A stretch of DNA of 38,276 nt, from contig JBGPRB010000003.1 in NCBI GenBank assembly GCA_041489355.1, positions 1 through 38,276 on the forward strand, written 5' to 3'. Source of the DNA: Dehalococcoidia bacterium (GTDB taxonomy: Bacteria; Chloroflexota; Dehalococcoidia; Dehalococcoidales; RBG-16-60-22). This document shows positions 25,280 to 34,547 of this stretch, piece after piece (the first letter of the stretch is position 1; the number at the start of each line of letters is the position of its first letter). A program made the position numbers and the translations under genes. The notes under the pieces were generated by a model. It did not search any database. It was not told the DNA's origin and was given only the letters and a program-made list of their open reading frames with translations.

Positions 25280-25738
25280 ATGGAACCGGAAGCAGACCTT
25301 CAAAAAAGATTGTCCGACGAACTCAAGCAGGCGATGAGGAGCGGCGATACGGTCAAGCGTGACACGCTCCGTATGCTGATATCTTCGGTGAAAAACGCTG
25401 AAATTGCCAAGCAGGCTTCTCTTGATGGTTCCGATATTCTGGGCGTCATTTCCAGGGATGTAAAAAGGCACCAGGAGAGCATCGACGCTTTCAAGAAGGG
25501 GAACCGGGCGGACCTGGTGGCGAAAGAGGAAGCAGAGATGGCTATTCTGCAAGGTTACCTGCCGAAGCAGATGACCCATGATGAGATTGTGGTGGCGGCG
25601 CGCGAGGTTATGGCGGCGGTGGGGGCAAAGGGCCCCGCCGACAAGGGCAAAGTGATGCAGCAGTTGATGCCCAGGCTCAAGGGTAAAGCGGACGGCAAAG
25701 AAATTAACGAAGTGGTGACGGGGTTATTAAGTCAATAG
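25280..25738 (+). CDS. GatB/YqeY domain protein
   Basis: LKQAMRS.D..K...LRML...IDAFKKGNR.DL..KE..E..IL..YLP.Q; classic position after rpsU. Confidence 0.92.
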   Translation: MEPEADLQKRLSDELKQAMRSGDTVKRDTLRMLISSVKNAEIAKQASLDGSDILGVISRDVKRHQESIDAFKKGNRADLVAKEEAEMAILQGYLPKQMTHDEIVVAAREVMAAVGAKGPADKGKVMQQLMPRLKGKADGKEINEVVTGLLSQ

Positions 25739-25758
25739 GGGCGGTAGGATTTCCTTCG

Positions 25759-26016
25759 CTAAATCCCCCGATAGACATCCCGACGGTGACCAATCCTAAC
25801 AACTGTTATTATCTTCTTTCCATCATCAATATGATAGATAAGCCTGTAGTCACCCTCTCTAATGCGCCAGAGTTCCGTTCCACGTATTTTTTCGATACCT
25901 TTTGGTCTTGGGTTTTGCTCTAGCTCTACTAGTGTCGAGATAATTTTAAAGCGTTCTTGCTTTTGTAGCCTGTCGAGTGCTTTTTGGGAACTACGGCGTA
26001 GTTCAACCCTATACAC
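25759..26016 (-). CDS. RelE/ParE family toxin
   Basis: NPRPKGIEKI...WRIREGDYRLIYHIDD...V.IGHRRDVY. Confidence 0.9.
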   Translation of the reverse strand: MYRVELRRSSQKALDRLQKQERFKIISTLVELEQNPRPKGIEKIRGTELWRIREGDYRLIYHIDDGKKIITVVRIGHRRDVYRGI

Positions 26017-26251
26017 TCCGGTTTTCCTTTTGCGAGGAAATGTAGTCTCTCAGAGTAATTGTGCCTTCTACCTCACCGAGGGTGGCTAGTCCTTCACGGG
26101 CATCAATATCGTCTTCCAGTTTTTCTATAATGGCTTCTGTCAGCCACTCCTTCATGGTCTTACCCTGCAAAGCAGCGACGGCTTTGACACGGTTGCGAAG
26201 CTCCGGGTCGATATCCAGAAAATACCTTGACCTGTTTACTAAATTTACCAT
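26009..26251 (-). CDS. Probable antitoxin (RHH-like N-terminus)
   Basis: LDIDPELRNRVKAVAALQGKTMKEWL..AI.EKLED; overlaps the toxin start by 8 nt. Confidence 0.75.
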   Translation of the reverse strand: MVNLVNRSRYFLDIDPELRNRVKAVAALQGKTMKEWLTEAIIEKLEDDIDAREGLATLGEVEGTITLRDYISSQKENRSV

Positions 26252-26273
26252 TTTAATTACCTCATGCTATTAA

Positions 26274-26309
26274 TATAGCCATTATAGCCTATATAGCCAT
26301 CAATGTCAA
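26274..26309 (-). promoter_or_regulatory. TA operon promoter with three TATAGCC direct repeats
   Basis: TTGACA (26309-26304)-N17-TATAAT (26286-26281); TATAGCC at 26274, 26283 and 26292 (9-bp period). Confidence 0.75.
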
Positions 26310-26323
26310 TATATAAGCTATTT

Positions 26324-27928
26324 TTACTTTAATAGCGCCTTCTCCAGCTCACTACACAATTTCTCTATCTTCATTCCTGAATCTATCACAGCCCAGGGCA
26401 GTTTTACATTTGTGTCCCATTTCTGATTGACATAAAAGTCAATATCAAGTTGATGTTGCTCTACTACCTTACGCCAGCCGGATAGTGAAATATCTGGCAT
26501 ATCAGCCAGAGCCATGGCAAGTCTTTCATCGCCGCGGGACAGCACTCCCTGAATCTGGCTCCAGGCGGGGCTTTCCTCGTTGAGCTTGATGCCTTTCAGG
26601 GGCAGGCTGCTCCTCAGTATCGACAGGCGGCGGTTCAATGTTTCCTGAGACGCCATGGGCAGCCACTGGAAGGGCGTGCCGGCTTTAGGCACGAAGGGGG
26701 TGGCATTCAGGGTAATATGCATGTTGCTCTGCCGGCGGTCGAGCCTGTCTTTTATCGCCAGGGTCAGTTTAACAATGTCTTCAACGTCTTCATCGGTCTC
26801 TGTCGGCAGTCCGATGATGAAATATAGTTTGAGCTGGGTGAAGCGGTTCCCGGCAATCCTGTCAGCTACCGCCAGGATATCGTCTTCGGAAATCCCTTTA
26901 TTTATCGCCTGGCGTAGGCGCTGGGAGCCGGCCTCAGGGGCGATGGTGATAGTCTGTACCTTACCCCGGGCAAGCTCTCCGATGATATCGCTGGAGAGAG
27001 AATCTATACGTAGCGAACTGATGGATATCTCGGCATTAAGTTTATGCAAACCCTCAAGCAGTTCATTTATCCGGGGGTGGTCGGTGACAGCCGGGCCAAC
27101 CAGCCCGATGCGTCTCCGGGAGTGCAATCCCTCCCATGCCTGCTTGATTATCTTCTCCACAGAGCGAAAGCGCATGGGGGCGAAAGCGGTATTGACCAGG
27201 CAGAAGCGGCAGCCTCGCTGACAGCCTCGTTCCACTTCGATAAGATACAGGTCCCCGAGTTCCGTATCCGGCGTGAGAACCACCGACGCAACGGTAAAGT
27301 CGTCCAAATTTGGCGTCCACTGACGGCCTACGGGAGTTGCCATGGGCAAAACCGGCACATAAATTCCGGGTAACGCTGCTAACGCCTGTAAAAGCTCAGC
27401 GCGAGGGCCACCGATGCCTTCGAAAAGCACCGGGAGCATGGCAGGCAGTATCGGTTCGGCCTCGCCGATGCAAAGGCAGTCGAAAAACGGGGCGAGCGGC
27501 ATGGGGTTGGCGGTGACGCACGGTCCTCCGGCGATAATCAGGGGATGCCTTTCGTCGCGGTCGGCGGCGAAGAGAGGTATGCCGCTGGCTTTTAGGATAT
27601 TGACGACGTTGAAGTAGTCCAGCTCGTAAGAAATCGAGAAGGCGAGAACGGCGAAATCAGATAGTGGTCTTCCCGATTCTATAGCGGCGGGAGCGTTTTT
27701 GTCCTGTGTATCCAGGAAGACCCTTTCGCAGACGACCCTGAGGTTGTTGTTTAACAGTTTATAGATGGCATGAATCCCCAGGTTGGACATGCCCAGGTAG
27801 TAGGAATTCGGATAGATGAGGGCTATCGGCAGTCTCCCGCCCCAGTCCTTGACAATGGCGCCTTCTTCGCGGGGAAACCGTGCGCCGGCACGACCCTTTA
27901 TCTCCGTTTTCCTGGTTTTGTCCCTCAT
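26324..27928 (-). CDS. Radical SAM protein with B12-binding-like N-terminal domain
   Basis: YPNSY..GMSNLG, GGP....NP.P, IEVERGCQRGCRFC, APEAGSQRLR, KLYFIIGLPTET, FVPK..TPFQW. Confidence 0.9.
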   Translation of the reverse strand: MRDKTRKTEIKGRAGARFPREEGAIVKDWGGRLPIALIYPNSYYLGMSNLGIHAIYKLLNNNLRVVCERVFLDTQDKNAPAAIESGRPLSDFAVLAFSISYELDYFNVVNILKASGIPLFAADRDERHPLIIAGGPCVTANPMPLAPFFDCLCIGEAEPILPAMLPVLFEGIGGPRAELLQALAALPGIYVPVLPMATPVGRQWTPNLDDFTVASVVLTPDTELGDLYLIEVERGCQRGCRFCLVNTAFAPMRFRSVEKIIKQAWEGLHSRRRIGLVGPAVTDHPRINELLEGLHKLNAEISISSLRIDSLSSDIIGELARGKVQTITIAPEAGSQRLRQAINKGISEDDILAVADRIAGNRFTQLKLYFIIGLPTETDEDVEDIVKLTLAIKDRLDRRQSNMHITLNATPFVPKAGTPFQWLPMASQETLNRRLSILRSSLPLKGIKLNEESPAWSQIQGVLSRGDERLAMALADMPDISLSGWRKVVEQHQLDIDFYVNQKWDTNVKLPWAVIDSGMKIEKLCSELEKALLK

Positions 27929-27950
27929 CAGATTTTGCTACATTCGTGAG

Positions 27951-28481
27951 CTATTTCCAGCAGTCTTTAAGCAGCCGGGCGTTGATAGCTATCACCATGT
28001 CGGCGGACGCCCTTAATTGCTGGGAAGTACCCTGCTTGCCGAATAAAGCGACCTCGACGTGCTTGCCGTTGTCCTTAACGGCCTGGACGGCACCGGTATA
28101 GTCATTATCCCCGGCGACGAGGATAGCTACATCATAATTGTTTTTAAAATTATGGGTTATCATATCGGTAGCCAGCTGTACGTCGGTGCCTTTTTCGTAG
28201 GGCGGTACGCTGGGCCAGTTGGAATATACCAGTCGCCCCAGGCGCAGTTCGGTATAAGGTATGGCGCTGATGCCGGCGAAGAAAGCCTGCTGTTGCTTGT
28301 AGACCTCGGGCTCCTCCTTCTGTCCCACCCTGGCGTTATAATAATAGATTCTAATTAACTGGCGTCTTTGTAAAATTTTACGGCAGAATTTGCCGAGGTC
28401 CAGGTCTGTCCTGTTGAAATGATTTTTAAGGGAATGGTAGAGATTGCTACCGTCAACAAATATCATTACCCTCTCCCCCAT
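27951..28481 (-). CDS. NYN domain (LabA/DUF88, PIN-like) protein
   Basis: IFVDGSNLY, EKGTDV.LATDM, LVAGDNDY, G..V.V. Confidence 0.9.
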   Translation of the reverse strand: MGERVMIFVDGSNLYHSLKNHFNRTDLDLGKFCRKILQRRQLIRIYYYNARVGQKEEPEVYKQQQAFFAGISAIPYTELRLGRLVYSNWPSVPPYEKGTDVQLATDMITHNFKNNYDVAILVAGDNDYTGAVQAVKDNGKHVEVALFGKQGTSQQLRASADMVIAINARLLKDCWK

Positions 28482-28661
28482 ATTTTACCTCCTTCATTAT
28501 GATAAATAGAATTGCTCTTCTTTATATATTATATATTTTTTATGTTAAGATTGCGACTTTCTCGGGAATCTGGTTGCCTGAGGCTGAGAGCCAATGCTAT
28601 AATTGGCGAGTAGTCCTTCCGGGCATCGGAAGGATGTAAAAGGTGATTCCGGGGGTTATTT

Positions 28662-28949
28662 ATGAAGCTCAGTCGAGAAGAAGTATTGCACATCGCCCGC
28701 CTGGCCCGGCTCGGTCTGACCGAGGCCGAAATTACCCGTCTCAGCGAGCAGTTATCCAACATCCTCGAAAACTTTGAGATACTGCAGCAGGTAGACACGA
28801 CGGATGTCCCTCCCACGGCACAGTCGGTGGCTCTCCAGAGCGTCATGAGGGAAGACGAGGTAGCTCCCTCTCTACCGTCGGACGATATCCTGGCCAATGC
28901 ACCGCGGCGGGAGGGCGACTGCTTTAGGGTCAGGGCGGTGCTCGAATAA
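28662..28949 (+). CDS. gatC: Asp-tRNA(Asn)/Glu-tRNA(Gln) amidotransferase subunit C
   Basis: LSREEVLHIARLARL...VDT.DVPPT....MRED......LANAP. Confidence 0.95.
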   Translation: MKLSREEVLHIARLARLGLTEAEITRLSEQLSNILENFEILQQVDTTDVPPTAQSVALQSVMREDEVAPSLPSDDILANAPRREGDCFRVRAVLE

Positions 28950-28969
28950 TTTATTAGCGGGAGGTTTCA

Positions 28970-29437
28970 GTGAAAATGGAGAGACTATTCGGTATTATCC
29001 CAGCTTCATCCGGCCCATATATGTTCATATGGATTTTCAGCGTTGTAATTGGCTTAATTCTCGTTGGCGTCATCGGCCTGCTAATTTCCTTTGGCTACCA
29101 GGCCAGGCACGCCAGCTTCACAGTTAACGACCAGGGATTGCGTATTTCACCCGGTCTTTATGGACGATTTATCCCGAAGGAAGATATTAATGCGGAAGGT
29201 GTTAAAGTAATCAACCTGAACATAGAAACCGAATACAAGCCTAAGTGGCGGACGAACGGCGCCGGACTGCCCGGTTATTCCGCAGGCTGGTTCAAACTGC
29301 AGAATAAGGAGAAGGCTTTACTCTTCGTCACCGACCGCTCGAGTGTGGTGTACATACCGACTAATAAGGACTATTCGGTGCTGTTGAGTGTCAGAGACGC
29401 CGAAGAATTCGCCGATTTAATGAAGCACCGGGATTAA
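28970..29437 (+). CDS. Membrane-anchored bacterial PH-domain (bPH_5-like) protein
   Basis: N-terminal TM helix; WRTNGAGLPGY.AGWF motif. Confidence 0.8.
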   Translation: MKMERLFGIIPASSGPYMFIWIFSVVIGLILVGVIGLLISFGYQARHASFTVNDQGLRISPGLYGRFIPKEDINAEGVKVINLNIETEYKPKWRTNGAGLPGYSAGWFKLQNKEKALLFVTDRSSVVYIPTNKDYSVLLSVRDAEEFADLMKHRD

Positions 29438-29458
29438 TAAAGACAGGCAGATACGAAT

Positions 29459-30901
29459 ATGCAGGTTACGATACATGAGGCCAGCCGGCTTTTAAAGGAA
29501 AAGAAAATATCCTCGGTGGAGTTGACGAGGGATTACCTCGAACGCATCCGTCAGCTTGAGCCGAAGGTCCGTGCCTTCGTGACGGTCACCGATAAGCTTG
29601 CCCTGGAGCAGGCGCAGCAGGCCGACGAGCTTATAGCGGCGGGTAAAGTCAGTCCCCTGACCGGGATTCCGATTGCCATCAAGGACGTCATCTGCACCCG
29701 GGGAGTGCGCACGACATGCTCTTCAAAGATGCTGGAAAACTTCGTACCTCCTTATGACGCTACGGTCATGGAGAAGTTAAACTCCTATGGAGCGGTGATG
29801 ATGGGCAAAGCCAACATGGATGAGTTCGCCATGGGCTCGTCCACGGAGAACTCGGCGCTGTTCGTGACCCATAATCCGTGGGACCTGAGCCGCGTGCCCG
29901 GCGGCTCGAGCGGCGGTTCGGCGGTAGCTGTAGCGTCCGGCGAAGCCGTCTGCGCTCTGGGCTCGGACACCGGCGGCAGTATCCGCCAGCCGGCGGGCTT
30001 TTGCAGCGTCGTCGGTCTGAAGCCTACTTACGGGCGGGTGAGCCGCTACGGACTGGTGGCTTTCGCCAGCTCCCTCGACCAGATTGGGCCGCTGACGCAG
30101 GACGTTACCGACTGCGCTCTATTATTAAATGCTATCGCCGGACATGACAAACGCGATTCTACATCCGTTCCTGAGCCGGTGCCCGATTATACCCAGTGTT
30201 TGAAAACCGATTTGAAAGGGCTGCGCCTGGGCATTCCCAAAGAGTATTACGTCGAGGGGATGCAGCCGGAGGTAGCGGCGGCAATGAAGTCGGCCATCAA
30301 AAAGCTGGAAGAACTGGGCGCTATTATTGAAGAGGTATCACTGCCCCACACCCCATATGTCCTGGCCGTCTACTATATCATCGCCCCAAGCGAAGCCTCA
30401 GCCAACCTGGCGCGGTATGACGGCGTGAAGTATGGCTACTCCTACAGGGGCGATACCATGTGGGAGTCAATGGAGAAGACGCGCGAGAACGGCTTCGGCC
30501 CCGAAGTAAAGCGGAGGATTATGATTGGCACCTACGCTCTTTCCGCCGGCTACTACGACGCCTGGTACCTCAAGGCGCAGAAGATGCGTACTCTGATAAG
30601 GCGTGAGTTCGACGCCGTCTTCGAGAAATGCGATGCCCTGATAACACCCACCTCCCCCACCGTTCCCTTCAAGATAGGAGAGAAGACAGACGACCCCCTG
30701 GCCATGTACCTGAGCGATATCTGCACCCTGCCCATCAATATCGCTGGAGTGCCGGCTATCTCCATTCCGGCAGGCTTTGCCGATGGTTTACCCATAGGGA
30801 TGCAGATTATCAGCAAGCACTTCCGAGAAGAAACCCTCTTGAGGGTGGCCTATGCCTACGAACAGGCGACAGAGTGGCATAAGAGGAGGGCGGGGATTTA
30901 G
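29459..30901 (+). CDS. gatA: Asp-tRNA(Asn)/Glu-tRNA(Gln) amidotransferase subunit A
   Basis: Amidase signature GGSSGGSA...[12 protein letters not shown]; [20 protein letters not shown]. Confidence 0.97.
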   Translation: MQVTIHEASRLLKEKKISSVELTRDYLERIRQLEPKVRAFVTVTDKLALEQAQQADELIAAGKVSPLTGIPIAIKDVICTRGVRTTCSSKMLENFVPPYDATVMEKLNSYGAVMMGKANMDEFAMGSSTENSALFVTHNPWDLSRVPGGSSGGSAVAVASGEAVCALGSDTGGSIRQPAGFCSVVGLKPTYGRVSRYGLVAFASSLDQIGPLTQDVTDCALLLNAIAGHDKRDSTSVPEPVPDYTQCLKTDLKGLRLGIPKEYYVEGMQPEVAAAMKSAIKKLEELGAIIEEVSLPHTPYVLAVYYIIAPSEASANLARYDGVKYGYSYRGDTMWESMEKTRENGFGPEVKRRIMIGTYALSAGYYDAWYLKAQKMRTLIRREFDAVFEKCDALITPTSPTVPFKIGEKTDDPLAMYLSDICTLPINIAGVPAISIPAGFADGLPIGMQIISKHFREETLLRVAYAYEQATEWHKRRAGI

Positions 30902-30914
30902 AAGGTAAGAACAG

Positions 30915-31760
30915 ATGGTTGATAAAGGGAAATTCTCACCACAATATATAGACGCGTTGGCAGAATGTATTACAGGTGGTTCTGCTGGGAGCAGTGTGCC
31001 ATCAATTGGATTTTATCGTTCTGGAATGTCAATAGCGAAGTTTTTTCGCAGTGTTGGATGTGACGTAACTTACGGATATTGGTCAAGGGTTCCATTCACT
31101 CAAGAATTACTGAATCAGATTAATCATGAAGAGAAAGGATTTGAAAAAATTGTTGAAATCACCATAAATCTATTGAACCCTCGTGATTATGTAGGCAATG
31201 AGGAAAAACTAATAAATGTAGTCAATCACTTGAATAAATATCTCAAATACGATGGTTTTGAAATTATTAGAGCAGGGGTATCGTATAGCCTAGTAGAAGT
31301 CGGAGGAACAGCGCCAGTAGCTACGGAATTTGGAAACAAGGCATTATCACTTCCAAGTGTAAAAGCTGATTTTGAAAGAGCTATTTCATGCATAGACTCT
31401 GATGCCGGTGGAGCTATTACAAGTGCGTGTTCAACACTAGAAAGCGTGGCAAAGTCAATTCTTGATGGCCTTGGTAAATCATATCCTAAAGATCAGAGTA
31501 TACAACCTTTAGTATTAGCAACAATGAGAGAATTGAAATTAGCTCCAGATCAATATTCTGAAGCTGAAGTTAAAAGGATATTGGGGGGTTTAATAAACAT
31601 ATCTGCTGGAATTGGAGTCCTAAGAACAAAATATGGTGATGCGCATGGTAAAGGACAGAAATTTGCACAATTGGTTTCGAGACATGCTCGTTTAACGGTT
31701 AATGCAGCTAGTACGATAGGTCTATTTCTCCTCGAAACTTATCTGGAAATAAAAAGCTAA
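30915..31760 (+). CDS. Abortive-infection family protein (Abi_C-like C-terminal domain)
   Basis: AITSACSTLESVAKSIL...GIG.LRTKYGDAHGKG...ARL.VNAA.T..LFL; AT-rich relative to flanks. Confidence 0.8.
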   Translation: MVDKGKFSPQYIDALAECITGGSAGSSVPSIGFYRSGMSIAKFFRSVGCDVTYGYWSRVPFTQELLNQINHEEKGFEKIVEITINLLNPRDYVGNEEKLINVVNHLNKYLKYDGFEIIRAGVSYSLVEVGGTAPVATEFGNKALSLPSVKADFERAISCIDSDAGGAITSACSTLESVAKSILDGLGKSYPKDQSIQPLVLATMRELKLAPDQYSEAEVKRILGGLINISAGIGVLRTKYGDAHGKGQKFAQLVSRHARLTVNAASTIGLFLLETYLEIKS

Positions 31761-31771
31761 AAGCTTAGTCC

Positions 31772-31847
31772 AAGAGGAGGCACCAGCCCCTCTTTTTTAG
31801 ATTTCCCTTCCCCTTAATCCGAAGGAAGGGGGGAAAAGGGGGTGGGT
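31772..31847. repeat. REP-like composite palindrome (may also terminate the abi transcript)
   Basis: AAGAGGAGGC-ACCA-GCCCCTCTT plus T-tract, then CCCTTCC...GGAAGGG...AGGGGGTGGG. Confidence 0.65.
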
Positions 31848-31903
31848 AGTCTAATAAGAAATTTCCTTTATTTCTATGCTAAGATATAGGTGGAGGTGAT
31901 GAA

Positions 31904-32113
31904 GTGAACACAGCGGAATCAAAGGCTGAAGTTTATCTCATGGCTTTGCAATCACTCTCCAAAGCGGAGAAAAAAGCGGTTATCAGCCGTTTACTGGAAG
32001 ACGATAGCCTGAGAGAAGATATCTTGGATTTAGCCCTTATTAGACAGCGTCAGGGAGAAACAAGCCGTCCTTTCCGTGAATACCTCGCGGTGAGAGAAAA
32101 ACGGGGTAGATAG
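31904..32113 (+). CDS. Probable antitoxin
   Basis: 69 aa directly upstream of a RelE toxin; acidic EDILDLAL...R..E..RPF.EY C-terminus; SD GGAGGTG. Confidence 0.7.
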   Translation: MNTAESKAEVYLMALQSLSKAEKKAVISRLLEDDSLREDILDLALIRQRQGETSRPFREYLAVREKRGR

Positions 32114-32114
32114 T

Positions 32115-32369
32115 GTGAGCTACGAAGTCCACACCATCCGCTCTGCCGAGAAGGAACTGGACCGGCTTCCCACAGCAGTTCATGCCCGCCTCAGTAAAAG
32201 AATCCTTGCTCTGGAAGATAATCCCCGCCCCAGAGGTATCAAGAAATTAAGTGGGCGGGAGGAATACCGCCTTCGAGTGGGTGACTACCGAATCCTATAT
32301 ATTATTGATGATAAGAAGCATATCATCACTATTTTCGCGGTAGGTCATCGGCGGGAAGTATATGGTTAA
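32115..32369 (+). CDS. RelE/ParE family toxin
   Basis: SAEKELDRL...NPRPRGIKKLSG...YRLRVGDYRILY.IDD...VGHRREVY. Confidence 0.9.
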   Translation: MSYEVHTIRSAEKELDRLPTAVHARLSKRILALEDNPRPRGIKKLSGREEYRLRVGDYRILYIIDDKKHIITIFAVGHRREVYG

Positions 32370-32390
32370 ATTCTTAATGTCAGGCAGTCC

Positions 32391-32466
32391 AAGAGGGGCA
32401 GTTGCCCCTCTTTTTTAAACTTCCCTTCACCAAATCCCCAAGGGAGGGGGGAAAAGGTGGTGGGGT
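32391..32466. repeat. REP-like composite palindrome
   Basis: AAGAGGGGC-AGTT-GCCCCTCTT plus T-tract and downstream C-rich/G-rich arms, as at 482-552 and 31772-31847. Confidence 0.65.
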
Positions 32467-32691
32467 TTGAATAACCTCATCGTAAAATGTTACTCTGGAC
32501 ATACCTATGCCGAGGAGCCACGCTCTTTCTGGTGGGAAGGGGTGGAATATGAGATTGCGCAAATCGAGAGGGCCTGGCGGGAACCGGGCGAAAGGCACTT
32601 CATGGTGAGAACGGGGGGTAACAAATTCTTCCAACTCTGCTATAATGATGTCAAAGATTTATGGACTGTGACCGAGGTTGTGAGGAGGTAA
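32467..32691 (+). CDS. Conserved small hypothetical protein (DUF6504-like)
   Basis: P.SF.W.G..Y.I..I...W......F.V.......F.L.Y......W pattern; coupled to the Lrp gene; start uncertain. Confidence 0.6.
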   Translation: MNNLIVKCYSGHTYAEEPRSFWWEGVEYEIAQIERAWREPGERHFMVRTGGNKFFQLCYNDVKDLWTVTEVVRR

Positions 32692-32695
32692 GGAG

Positions 32696-33181
32696 ATGCT
32701 GAAGGATATATTAAAGATACTGGAAAATGATGCCCGCACAACGAGCCAGCAGATAGCCACCATGACCGGCACACCTGTCAACGAAGTCAATAAAATCATC
32801 GAGCAGGCGGAGAAAGACAGGATTATCCTCAAATACAAGACGGTGATTAACTGGGACAGGCTCGAAGAAGATGGGCAGGTCTGGGCATTGATAGAAGTCA
32901 GGGTCAAACCGGAGCCGGAGGTCGGCTTCGACTCCATCGCCGAGCGCATCGCCCGGTTCGAGCAGGTACGCTCCCTTTTCCTCGCCTCCGGCACGTACGA
33001 CCTTCTCGTGGTCGTCGTCGGTAAGTCCGAGCATAAGGTGGCGGACTTCGTCTCGCAGAACCTGGCCCATATCGAAGGTGTGCAGGGCACGGTCACCCAT
33101 TTTGTGCTGAAACGCTATAAAGATGACGGCGAATTACTGGAGGGAGGGGAGGGGGCCAAAAGACAACCGGTAATATTGTAG
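32696..33181 (+). CDS. Lrp/AsnC family transcriptional regulator
   Basis: ILKILENDAR....IA...; SGTYDL; THFVLKRYK. Confidence 0.92.
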   Translation: MLKDILKILENDARTTSQQIATMTGTPVNEVNKIIEQAEKDRIILKYKTVINWDRLEEDGQVWALIEVRVKPEPEVGFDSIAERIARFEQVRSLFLASGTYDLLVVVVGKSEHKVADFVSQNLAHIEGVQGTVTHFVLKRYKDDGELLEGGEGAKRQPVIL

Positions 33182-33206
33182 TCCGGTCGTTGATATCGGG
33201 AGTAAT

Positions 33207-34418
33207 ATGTCTGTGAAAAAACCTGGCCAAACTCTAAAACAGCATCCTTCACAAAGTGAAGGATTAATATCCGAGCGCACCAACCGTCTTTCGCCCTCCG
33301 GGATACGCAAGTTCTTCGACCTGCTGGCGAATATGGAAGGCGTTATTTCCCTGGGGGTCGGCGAACCCGACTACGCCACGCCGTGGCATATCAGCGAAGC
33401 TGCGGTCAAGAGCCTGGAGAAGGGCTACACCATGTACACCTCGAACTCGGGGATACCGGAGCTGCGGCAGGAGACGGCGCGTTATCTCAAGGAAAAGTAT
33501 AGTGTAGATTATGACCCCTTCGGGGAGATACTGATGACCGTGGGCGTCAGCGAAGCGCTGGACCTGGCGATGCGGGCGATTATTAATCCCGGCGATGAAG
33601 TTATTATGCCCGACCCCCATTATGTAGCCTATGACTCCTGTGTTATCCTCGCCGGGGGCGAGCCGGTCATGGTGCCGACCAGCCAGGAGAATAATTTCGA
33701 GGTAAGCGCCGGGGATATTGAAGCGAGGATTACAGATAAGACCAAGGCGATACTGATTGGCTATCCCGCCAACCCTACGGGGGCGGTGATGAGTCGGCAA
33801 AAGCTCCTGGATATCGCCGGGGTAGCCAGGCGCCACCAGCTTACGGTGATATCCGATGAAATTTATGCCCGGCTCACTTATGGCGTGGAGCATACCTGTT
33901 TTGCCAGCCTGCCGGGCGTCCGGGAAAACACTATCCTGCTGGGCGGCTTTTCCAAGGCCTATGCCATGACCGGGTGGCGTATCGGTTACGCGGTGGCGAC
34001 CAAAGAGATTATCACGGCTATGACCAAGATTCACCAGTACACGATAATGAGCGCTCCCACCCCTGCCCAGGTAGCCGCCATCGAAGCGCTGAAAACCGGC
34101 GAATCGGACGTGGTGGAGATGGTAGAGGACTACAACCGTCGGCGGCTCATCATCGTGAAGGGGCTGGGCGATATCGGCCTGAGCTGCTTCGAGCCGCATG
34201 GTGCTTTCTATGCCTTTCCGTCCATCACCTGCACCGGCATGAATTCGGAGGAGTTCTCGGAGAAGCTGCTCATGGAGGAAAAGGTGGCGGTGGTGCCCGG
34301 CTCGGCCTTCGGGCAGTGCGGGGAGGGCTATGTGCGCTGCTGCTATGCCACGTCTCTGGCGGAGATAGAGGAAGCCTTGCGCCGCATGGGGCGGTTTGTG
34401 AAGAAGTACAGGAAGTAG
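33207..34418 (+). CDS. PLP-dependent class I/II aminotransferase
   Basis: ISLGVGEPD, YPANPTG, SDEIY, GFSKAYAMTGWRIG (PLP Lys), GAFY.F, VPG.AFG. Confidence 0.93.
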   Translation: MSVKKPGQTLKQHPSQSEGLISERTNRLSPSGIRKFFDLLANMEGVISLGVGEPDYATPWHISEAAVKSLEKGYTMYTSNSGIPELRQETARYLKEKYSVDYDPFGEILMTVGVSEALDLAMRAIINPGDEVIMPDPHYVAYDSCVILAGGEPVMVPTSQENNFEVSAGDIEARITDKTKAILIGYPANPTGAVMSRQKLLDIAGVARRHQLTVISDEIYARLTYGVEHTCFASLPGVRENTILLGGFSKAYAMTGWRIGYAVATKEIITAMTKIHQYTIMSAPTPAQVAAIEALKTGESDVVEMVEDYNRRRLIIVKGLGDIGLSCFEPHGAFYAFPSITCTGMNSEEFSEKLLMEEKVAVVPGSAFGQCGEGYVRCCYATSLAEIEEALRRMGRFVKKYRK

Positions 34419-34426
34419 GTAGCAAA

Positions 34427-34538
34427 TGTCATTCCCGTGAAAACGGGAATCCAGTTCAAAATCCCCCTTTATAAAAGGGGGAAACTAAACCTCTCCCTTT
34501 CGTAAAGGGAGAAAGAGAGGGATACAGGGGGAGGATTT
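34427..34538. repeat. Cluster of REP-like palindromes between convergent genes
   Basis: TGTCATTCCC-N8-GGGAATCCA (34427-34453), TCCCCCTTT..AAAGGGGGA and TCTCCCTTT..AAAGGGAGA hairpins. Confidence 0.7.
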
Positions 34539-34547
34539 AAGAATCAG

